A DNA stretch of 64,000 bases from Acidobacteriota bacterium (GTDB lineage: Bacteria; Acidobacteriota; UBA6911; RPQK01; CBDAPI01). The stretch is from NCBI GenBank assembly GCA_965197285.1, contig OZ240092.1:3947337-4011336 (forward strand), read 5' to 3'. The notes under the pieces are model-generated. The model saw only the letters and a list, made by a program, of their open reading frames with translations, was not told where the DNA came from and searched no databases. Made by a program: the position numbers and the translations under genes. Below, piece by piece: positions 20,101 through 27,425 of the stretch. How positions within the stretch are numbered: position 1 is the stretch's first letter; each line of letters opens with the position of its first letter.

Positions 20101-21132
20101 TTGAAGGTCTGGTTGATCAGGGCTCTCTTCGTGGTCATTCTGACCACCGTGACCTCATTCATGCGGCCGTTCGGGTTCTCACTGCAGGGTGCCGTGGCTC
20201 TGGGCCTGTGTCTCTCGGCGATCGTTGTCCTGGCTGAGTTGAGCATTCTCCACACTTCCTCCAGGACTCTTGTCGGCGCTGCCCTGGGTTCGCTACTCGG
20301 AATCGTGGGTGCCAGCTTGATGAGCCTGATCATCGATAAGATGTTTTTCCTTTCTGTTCCGACGACGACTTTTCTTCAGATCCTGGTTCTGGCAACGATG
20401 ACTTACATCGGCTTCGCCCTGGGGATCAGCAGGGGCGACCTCGTCCTCAACCTGGGAGGACTGGTTAAAGAACGGGGCGGACCCAGGCTGTCGACCAAGA
20501 TCCTGGATACCAGTGTGGTGATCGACGGCCGCGTGGCCGACATCATCGAGACGGGCTTTCTGGGCGGCTGGATCGTAGTTCCCGAGTTCGTCTTGAGGGA
20601 ACTGCAGCAGGTGGCCGACTCCTCTGATTCGATCAAGAGAAATCGGGGCCGAAGAGGCCTCGACATTCTGCGCAGAATCCAGAAAAAGGGCGAGGCCAAC
20701 GTGCAGATCCTGAACCAGGACTACCCGGAGCTGGACGAGGTGGATCTGAAATTGATTCAGCTGGCCAAGGATCTCGATGGCAAGATCGTCACCAACGATT
20801 TCAACCTCAACAAGGTGGCTCAGCTACATGGCGTGGCCGTGCTCAACATCAACGAGCTGGCCAATTCGCTGAAGCCCGTGGTGCTCCCGGGCGAGAGCAT
20901 GAGCGTGTTTATCCTCAAGGAAGGAAAGGAATACAACCAGGGCGTTGCGTACCTGGACGACGGGACGATGGTGGTCGTGGACAATGCTCGCCGCATGATC
21001 GGCAGGAACATTGAAATGCAGGTGACCAGCGTCCTGCAGACGACTGCCGGGAAGATGATTTTCGGGCGCGCACAGGCGGATTCGACCGACTCGGAAGGTG
21101 ATTATACGCGCGAGAGGGTTTCCAGGCTTTGA
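20101..21132 (+). CDS. PIN/TRAM-domain membrane protein (YacL-like); start set at TTG 20101 after a GGAGGG RBS, the ORF-track start 19987 is probably too early
   Basis: N-terminal TM helices, central PIN-like domain and C-terminal TRAM; sits immediately upstream of ispD-ispF as yacL does in Bacillus. Confidence 0.7.
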   Translation: MKVWLIRALFVVILTTVTSFMRPFGFSLQGAVALGLCLSAIVVLAELSILHTSSRTLVGAALGSLLGIVGASLMSLIIDKMFFLSVPTTTFLQILVLATMTYIGFALGISRGDLVLNLGGLVKERGGPRLSTKILDTSVVIDGRVADIIETGFLGGWIVVPEFVLRELQQVADSSDSIKRNRGRRGLDILRRIQKKGEANVQILNQDYPELDEVDLKLIQLAKDLDGKIVTNDFNLNKVAQLHGVAVLNINELANSLKPVVLPGESMSVFILKEGKEYNQGVAYLDDGTMVVVDNARRMIGRNIEMQVTSVLQTTAGKMIFGRAQADSTDSEGDYTRERVSRL

Positions 21133-21785
21133 CCGGACTCATTCTGGCTTCCGCCGGCTCGGGGGCGCGTTTCGAGTCCGCTGTTCCCAAACAATTCCTG
21201 CAATTCCAGGGAAAGCCGATTTATCTGTTTGCGCTGGAGACTATTGGTGAACTCTGCGAGGAGATCGTCGTTGTAGTTCCCCGGGACTGGCTGGGCCGGG
21301 TACGGAAAGAGTGCCTGGCGCTGGATCTGCGGGAACGAGTCAAGGTGGTCACCGGGGGGCTGTCGCGGCAGGAATCGGTGTCTCTAGGGCTCGAAGCGTT
21401 AACGCCGGGTATCACCAGGGTCCTTGTCCACGACGCAGTACGCCCCCTGGTTACCCGCGCGCTGGTCGGCAGAGTTCTCAAGGGTCTGGAACACGGGGCA
21501 GCCTGCGTGCCAGTCTTGCCGATTGCCGAGACGGTCAAAGAGGTCGACGGCCATCGAGTCCTCCGGACACTCAACCGCAGGCGACTGCGACTGGCGCAGA
21601 CGCCGCAGGCGTTTTACCGCAATGTTCTGAAAATTGCGCTGTTGGAGGCACAGGAAGACGGAATTTCGGCGACCGATGAGGCGACCCTGGTGGAACGGGC
21701 TGGAGAGAGCGTCTACACCGTCGAGGGAGAGCACGAGAACGTCAAGATCACCTGGAAGCACGACATGAAGCGGCTGGAGTACTAA
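21129..21785 (+). CDS. ispD: 2-C-methyl-D-erythritol 4-phosphate cytidylyltransferase
   Basis: TTG start overlapping the upstream stop (TTGA); LILASAGSGARF...VLVHDAVRPLV IspD motifs. Confidence 0.9.
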   Translation: MTGLILASAGSGARFESAVPKQFLQFQGKPIYLFALETIGELCEEIVVVVPRDWLGRVRKECLALDLRERVKVVTGGLSRQESVSLGLEALTPGITRVLVHDAVRPLVTRALVGRVLKGLEHGAACVPVLPIAETVKEVDGHRVLRTLNRRRLRLAQTPQAFYRNVLKIALLEAQEDGISATDEATLVERAGESVYTVEGEHENVKITWKHDMKRLEY

Positions 21786-21799
21786 GCTGGAGTACTAAG

Positions 21800-22285
21800 A
21801 TGGATTTTCGAGTGGGCACGGGCTTCGACTTCCACCGCTTTTGCCGGGACCGGCCTCTGGTGCTGGGTGGAGTCGCCATCCCCTTCCAGCTGGGCCTGGA
21901 TGGGCACTCCGACGCGGACGTGATCCTGCATGCGCTCAGCGACGCTATCCTGGGAGCTGCGGGACTGCCCGACATCGGATCACATTTCCCCGACAACGAC
22001 CCCGAGTACAAGGATCTCTCCAGCGTCGTTCTCCTGGAAAGAGTCTACCGCCTGGTGCAGATCCGCGGCCTGCGGGTGAGCAATCTCGACATCACGCTCA
22101 TAGCGGAAGAGCCCCGCCTGAATCCCCACATCGGGTCCATAAAAGCCAATCTGGCCCGCCTGCTCGATCTCGACCGCTCCAGGATCGGGGTGAAAGCGAC
22201 CACCATGGAAAAGTCAGGGCCAATCGGTCGATCCGAAGGTGTTGCAGCCCAGGCTGTTGTTCTTCTCGTACAGGGGCGGGATTAG
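21800..22285 (+). CDS. ispF: 2-C-methyl-D-erythritol 2,4-cyclodiphosphate synthase
   Basis: RVGTGFDFHRF...GHSDADV...HALSDAILGA IspF signature. Confidence 0.9.
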   Translation: MDFRVGTGFDFHRFCRDRPLVLGGVAIPFQLGLDGHSDADVILHALSDAILGAAGLPDIGSHFPDNDPEYKDLSSVVLLERVYRLVQIRGLRVSNLDITLIAEEPRLNPHIGSIKANLARLLDLDRSRIGVKATTMEKSGPIGRSEGVAAQAVVLLVQGRD

Positions 22286-22308
22286 TCTAAGTCTAGGGGT
22301 AAAGAGCT

Positions 22309-23112
22309 ATGGCCAATGAGTTCCTCGAGTTTGCTTGTGAGCTGGCGCAAGAAGCAGGGAGCCTCCTGACGGATTACCTGGGTCGGGAACTGGTCATCTC
22401 CAAGAAGGGCAGTATCAATCTTGTCACGGAAGCCGATCTGAAGTCTGAAGAACTGCTCGTGTCGAAGCTGTTGGAGCGCTTTCCCAACCATTCGATCCTG
22501 GCCGAAGAATCAGGGGCCAGCCAGCCCGGGGAGAAGGCATCCGGATTCCGCTGGATCATCGATCCCCTGGATGGGACGACCAACTTCGCGCACCGGTATC
22601 CTTTTTTCTGTGTATCCATCGCGCTGGAGATCGATGATCGCCTGGAGGTAGGAGTCGTGTACGACCCGACTGCCCGAGAGCTCTTTACGGCAGCGCGCGG
22701 CCAGGGCGCCCGGCTCAACGGCCGTTCCATACAAGTTTCTTCCGAGACCTCTTTAGGAGAGAGTCTGGTAGCTACCGGCTTTGCCTACGACCTCGACCAG
22801 ATCCAGAAGAACCTGAGACTGTTCCATGAATTCATGCTGAAGAGCCGAGCCGTAAGGAGAGACGGGTCGGCTGCTCTGGACCTCTGCTATGTTGCAGTAG
22901 GCCGCTTCGAGGGATTCTGGGAACTCAGCCTCAATCCCTGGGACGTGGCGGCGGGCGCCTTGATCGTGGCTGAGGCCGGAGGCCGGGTCAGCCGGTTCGA
23001 CGGCTCACCGGCACAGCTGGAGATTCCCGAGATCGTCGCCACCAACGGACGGATCCACCGGCAGATGCTCTCCATTATTCAGGATGGCCTCGACCTACCC
23101 GACGTCACGTAG
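22309..23112 (+). CDS. suhB: inositol monophosphatase family protein (SuhB-like)
   Basis: WIIDPLDGTTNF and WDVAAG IMPase motifs. Confidence 0.85.
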   Translation: MANEFLEFACELAQEAGSLLTDYLGRELVISKKGSINLVTEADLKSEELLVSKLLERFPNHSILAEESGASQPGEKASGFRWIIDPLDGTTNFAHRYPFFCVSIALEIDDRLEVGVVYDPTARELFTAARGQGARLNGRSIQVSSETSLGESLVATGFAYDLDQIQKNLRLFHEFMLKSRAVRRDGSAALDLCYVAVGRFEGFWELSLNPWDVAAGALIVAEAGGRVSRFDGSPAQLEIPEIVATNGRIHRQMLSIIQDGLDLPDVT

Positions 23113-23140
23113 GGGCCGGTCTTGTGCCGACCCGTTGGGC

Positions 23141-23160
23141 GGGCGACCACCAGGGTCGCC
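23141..23160. terminator. GC hairpin between convergent genes (candidate bidirectional terminator, no U-tract)
   Basis: GGGCGACC-ACCA-GGTCGCCC perfect 8-bp stem 29 bp after the suhB stop and 27 bp from the radical-SAM stop. Confidence 0.4.
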
Positions 23161-23186
23161 CCTACAACCTTTAACAAGCCAGCCCG

Positions 23187-24632
23187 TTAGGTCCGATACA
23201 TAGGCGTGAAGGTGTAGGTCTGGTCTCGCCAGGAGAGCATTTTTAGCTTGTGGAAAGAGGCTCTCAGCACTTCCCGGTTACGAATGGATTCCCGGATCAG
23301 ATCCCAGACGATCGAGGGTCGGCCGTAAAAGCGAAGGTAGGCCTTGCGCTGCAGCTTCATCAGCTCCGGGCCGGTGATGTGCCGGCGTTCAAACGCAACC
23401 TGGTCACTGGTCAGAGTATCCCATTCGATCTCCTCCAGAGTGAGCAAACCTTCCTTCACGAGCTCGTCAAAGATGGCCGTCCCGGGGATGGGAATGACGA
23501 CGTTGAAGTTGGCCCGCACGAGCGGCAGTTCACGAGCCAGTCGAATCGTCTGATTGATCTCTTCGGCCGTCTCGTCCAGCAGTCCGATCATGAAGTAGCC
23601 GGTGATGCGGATGCTGCTGCAATCAGCAATCATCTGAGCGCGCTCGCGGATGGTCTCGACCGTGACACGCTTCTTGATCAGACCTTGAATGCGCTCGCTG
23701 CCGGACTCGATGCCGACTGCCATGGCCTCACATCCCGCCGCTTCCATCACTGCCAGTAACTCGGGGTTCAGGGAATCGAGCCGAACTCCTACGGGGCAGT
23801 CCCATTTCAGATTCAGTCCCGAGTCGATCAGACCTTCGCTGAAGGCAATCGCGTATTTGTTGGCCAGAGTGAACTCATCGTCGATGATGCTGAAGCGCTG
23901 AATTGAGTAACGCTGCTTGAGAAAGCGAAGCTCCTCGATCACATGGCCGACGCTGCGGTGGCGAAGCTTGCGTCCGGACAGCCCCGGCGTGTTGCAATAG
24001 GTACAGGGATAGGGACACCCGCGGGTGGTCAGAACCGGATAGTACTGCTCCCAGATAAAGCTCGGATAGGTGTCCGGCTTCACGAGATCCCAGGCCGGAA
24101 TTCCGTAAGCATCCAGATCGGTCCCGAAGCCTGCCGGGTTGGTGACCACCCGTTGCTCTGCGGCGCTTCGCCAGACCAGCCCCGGAACGCGGGCCAGCTC
24201 GGCTTCCGGAATCCCGAAACCATATTCGCGAAACAGCTCCAGAAACGCTCCCATTCCCTCCTCTGCCTCCGCCTGCCAGGCGAAATCGAGGTTGGGCAGG
24301 GCTGTGAGAACAAACTCGGGAAGAGAGGACGGGTGAGGCCCCCCGGCGAGTGTCAAAATGGCGGGATCAATCGACTTGACGATGTCCAGATGGTGATTGA
24401 CATAGTTGTAATCGCGGCTGTAGCAGCGGAATCCGACCACGTCGAATTCGCCTTCCCGGACGAAGGTCCCGAACTCGCGAAACGTCATCTCTTCTTTGGG
24501 GCAGTCCAACAGCGTGATGTCAAAGCCCTGGTTGCGCAGGACGGTTCCCAGATAGAGAATGCCGCAGTCGGGAGTGACCTGAAAATTGTTCCCCTCCCGG
24601 ACGGGGAGAACCAGAAGCACTTTGAGAGACAT
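23187..24632 (-). CDS. B12-binding-domain radical SAM enzyme (class B)
   Basis: N-terminal cobalamin-binding fold and CPYPCTYC (CxxxCxxC) radical-SAM cluster motif. Confidence 0.85.
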   Translation of the reverse strand: MSLKVLLVLPVREGNNFQVTPDCGILYLGTVLRNQGFDITLLDCPKEEMTFREFGTFVREGEFDVVGFRCYSRDYNYVNHHLDIVKSIDPAILTLAGGPHPSSLPEFVLTALPNLDFAWQAEAEEGMGAFLELFREYGFGIPEAELARVPGLVWRSAAEQRVVTNPAGFGTDLDAYGIPAWDLVKPDTYPSFIWEQYYPVLTTRGCPYPCTYCNTPGLSGRKLRHRSVGHVIEELRFLKQRYSIQRFSIIDDEFTLANKYAIAFSEGLIDSGLNLKWDCPVGVRLDSLNPELLAVMEAAGCEAMAVGIESGSERIQGLIKKRVTVETIRERAQMIADCSSIRITGYFMIGLLDETAEEINQTIRLARELPLVRANFNVVIPIPGTAIFDELVKEGLLTLEEIEWDTLTSDQVAFERRHITGPELMKLQRKAYLRFYGRPSIVWDLIRESIRNREVLRASFHKLKMLSWRDQTYTFTPMYRT

Positions 24633-24768
24633 GTTGCGCTGCTACTTTACTGGAAAGGCCGGCTCAAAGTCTATAAAGTAGATCGTCTCTAGAGAATGAA
24701 CCGGCTCAGTTCGACAGCCGTTAACCGGTTGAATTGAAACGAGTTCCACAGCGCTTACTGACTCACTG

Positions 24769-26541
24769 GTGAGAAACCCCGAGGCCTCGCATCGTCGCTG
24801 GCTCTCCCGACTGGCGCTCATATTGCTGGTTCTGGTCACCAGTTTGCCTTTCCTCAACCAGGCCTACCACATCGATGACCGAATCTACCTGGACGTTGCC
24901 CGGACTATTTTCAACCAGCCGCTGTACCCTTACGACTTTGACGCTCTCTATGAGGGTTTTGTCGCCCCCGATGCCGCCAGTCACAGTCACCTTCCATTCA
25001 CCTCGTACTACCTGGCTCTAACCCAGATCGCAACCGGCCGGGACAGCGAACGAATTGCCCATCTGGCCTTCCTGGTGTTCCCTTTACTGGCCGTTCTTGC
25101 CTTCTACGAACTGGCCGCCAACCTGCTGCGTTTTCCTTTTGCGGCAGCAGCCCTGCTGGTCTCATCGACCGCCTTCCTCACCTTGAGCCATACCATCATG
25201 CCGGACGTTCCGCTGCTGTCCTTCTGGATCCTGGCGCTGGCGTCCTTTCATCATTTCCTGCGAAATCCTGCCGGCACGTGGGCCTGGAGAATCTGCCTGG
25301 GAGCCGTCCTGATGGCAGGCTTCATCTCACTCTTGACGGTCGCTCTGGTGGCGCTGCTGGGAGCCGACTGGATCCTGTTCCGGCGCTCTGCCACGTGGAA
25401 GGATGAGCCAAAGCTTCGCATCGCACTGCTTCTGGCGGCCCCTTTTCTGCTGTGGTTGCTCTGGTATCTTCGAGCTTATCTGCACTATGACCGGTTTGTC
25501 CTGGTAAATACCTTTCTGCACCTGGAACAGCGGTCCCCCTTTTCCCTGGCAGCCGTCGGCTCGAAACTACTCAGCTTCCTGCTCCATGTGGGCGGGACGT
25601 TTGTCTTCCCCGTGGCCGGCTGGCTGGCCTTCACGGGCCGCTCTTCCCGGCGAATGTATGTGGCCGTCTTCTTCCTTGCGTTCATCCCCGCTTATGCGTG
25701 GTATCCGGAGTGGCTCTGGCTGCAGGCCTTTCTCTTCGCAGCCTTTTCGACTACCGCCCTGCTGGCGATCGTCAAAATCGGCGAGGGAGCCGTCCGGCTG
25801 TGGGGGAGCTTCCGGTCCCACAGGTCCCCTCCCGACAGGGTATTCTGGCGGGATCCGGAGCCTGGTCTCACCGCCGAGTCGAGAGCCTTGCTGGGAGTCC
25901 TCTTCCTGTGGTTCTGGGGGGTTCTGGCGGCCTGCTCCCTGGTTTTCTACAGTGGATCGGTTCGCTACGCCGTTCTGGCCCTTCCGGCGTTCCTGCTCCT
26001 GTGGCAGTACGCCCTGGAGACCGCCCACAGTAGCCGCCGAGTCAAGTCCGCACTTCTCTTGAGTCTGGGCTTGACGCTACCGTATTCGCTGGCGATTGCT
26101 TCTGCGGACTACCGCTTTGCCGATGTCTATCGCGAGGAGTCGGCCCGGATTATCGGGGACCTCGGAAACCGCAACAATCAAATCTGGTACGCGGGGGAGT
26201 GGGGTTTTCGGTACTACATGGAAAAGCTGGGTGCGCGGCCGCTGACGAAAACCGGTGTACAACCCGTGGCCGGCGACATTATTGTCAAACCGTACATCGC
26301 CCTTCCCTGGATTACGCTCTACGACGATAACGAGTTCGTCCGCCTTCTGGAGCAGCGCCACGTGGACCCGGAATCCAGTTTCCGGATTCTCGACTTCCAC
26401 ACGGCCGCCGGTTTCTACAGCACCGCCTGGGGTATCCTCCCCATCAGTCTCGCCCAGGGACAAAAGTGGGAGTGGTTCAATATCTATCAGGTCAAGAAGA
26501 AGTACGACGGGCCTGTCCCCGAGATCGACAGACCGTGGTGA
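24769..26541 (+). CDS. GT-C-fold membrane glycosyltransferase (ArnT/PMT, GT39/GT83-like)
   Basis: about 12 TM helices; N-terminal loop NQAYHIDDRIYLDVART with the DD/DxD-like acidic pair typical of ArnT/PMT. Confidence 0.6.
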   Translation: MRNPEASHRRWLSRLALILLVLVTSLPFLNQAYHIDDRIYLDVARTIFNQPLYPYDFDALYEGFVAPDAASHSHLPFTSYYLALTQIATGRDSERIAHLAFLVFPLLAVLAFYELAANLLRFPFAAAALLVSSTAFLTLSHTIMPDVPLLSFWILALASFHHFLRNPAGTWAWRICLGAVLMAGFISLLTVALVALLGADWILFRRSATWKDEPKLRIALLLAAPFLLWLLWYLRAYLHYDRFVLVNTFLHLEQRSPFSLAAVGSKLLSFLLHVGGTFVFPVAGWLAFTGRSSRRMYVAVFFLAFIPAYAWYPEWLWLQAFLFAAFSTTALLAIVKIGEGAVRLWGSFRSHRSPPDRVFWRDPEPGLTAESRALLGVLFLWFWGVLAACSLVFYSGSVRYAVLALPAFLLLWQYALETAHSSRRVKSALLLSLGLTLPYSLAIASADYRFADVYREESARIIGDLGNRNNQIWYAGEWGFRYYMEKLGARPLTKTGVQPVAGDIIVKPYIALPWITLYDDNEFVRLLEQRHVDPESSFRILDFHTAAGFYSTAWGILPISLAQGQKWEWFNIYQVKKKYDGPVPEIDRPW

Positions 26542-26548
26542 AGGGCTA

Positions 26549-26583
26549 GGAAATTGAATTAAAAATTAAAAATTGAAAATTAT
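26549..26583. repeat. AT-rich MITE-like repeat, site C left arm (approx)
   Basis: GAAATTGAATTAAAAATTAAAAATTGAAAATTATC. Confidence 0.6.
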
Positions 26584-26725
26584 CGCTTCGCTCATTGCGA
26601 CTGCTTGGACGCAGCAATACTTGCCTTTAACACATCCATGGCGAATTCGATACAGACTGAGCCGCCGACCGTTTGAAGTTGAAGGTTGACCGTCGAAAGG
26701 TTAGGGTGGTCACCAGGTCTTAAGA

Positions 26726-26754
26726 TCTTTAATTTGCAATTTTTAATTTTTAAT
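26726..26754. repeat. AT-rich MITE-like repeat, site C right arm (inverted; approx)
   Basis: reverse complement GATTAAAAATTAAAAATTGCAAATTAAAG. Confidence 0.6.
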
Positions 26755-26762
26755 CAGGTTGT

Positions 26763-27332
26763 TTGATGAAGATCAAGGCATTGGAAGACAGGCGTCGGGC
26801 GCTCGAAGAGTCCTTTTTCAAGAATCAGAATGCCAGGCTGCTGGCGGCGATGCGGGCTAAGACGGCGAGGGCGGAGAAGAGAGCCGCACTGAGGGAGACT
26901 TCCGGCTTGACGAATCCAGACCTGCTCGACCTGCTTCTCGAGCTTGAAATTGACAGTGAGACCCTGGCCGCTCTCACCCTGATCCCACTGGTCGAAGTGG
27001 CGTGGGCCGACCATGCGATCGCAGACGAAGAGCGGGATGCCATCCTTGATGCCGCCGACTCGGTCGGCATCACCCCCGAGACCGAGACCTATGCCCTGTT
27101 GAGCAACTGGCTCAAGACGGCTCCGCCGGCCAGACTCCTGGAAGCGTGGGAAGCGTATGTCGCAGCACTCACGGAAACACTGACGCCGGATGCCGTCCAG
27201 ACCCTCAAAGAGGACGTGCTCGGGAGGGTCAGGCAAGTCGCCTCGGCGGCCGGTGGCTTTCTGGGACTGGGACGCAAGATCTCCGCGTCAGAGCAAATGG
27301 TCCTCGACCGCCTGGAAAAGGCCTTCGGCTAG
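26763..27332 (+). CDS. hypothetical cytoplasmic protein, TerB-like/DjlA-N-like helical domain (tentative)
   Basis: all-helical, acidic; VEVAWADHAIADEERDAILDAAD resembles TerB-fold proteins; weak. Confidence 0.4.
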   Translation: MMKIKALEDRRRALEESFFKNQNARLLAAMRAKTARAEKRAALRETSGLTNPDLLDLLLELEIDSETLAALTLIPLVEVAWADHAIADEERDAILDAADSVGITPETETYALLSNWLKTAPPARLLEAWEAYVAALTETLTPDAVQTLKEDVLGRVRQVASAAGGFLGLGRKISASEQMVLDRLEKAFG

Positions 27333-27425
27333 CCGAAGGCCACTGACCCGCCCGGCGGTTAGACACCGTGACTATCGAGGAAACCGCAGCAAATTCTTAG
27401 CTTCTTACTTAGCCTGGAGGTCCCC

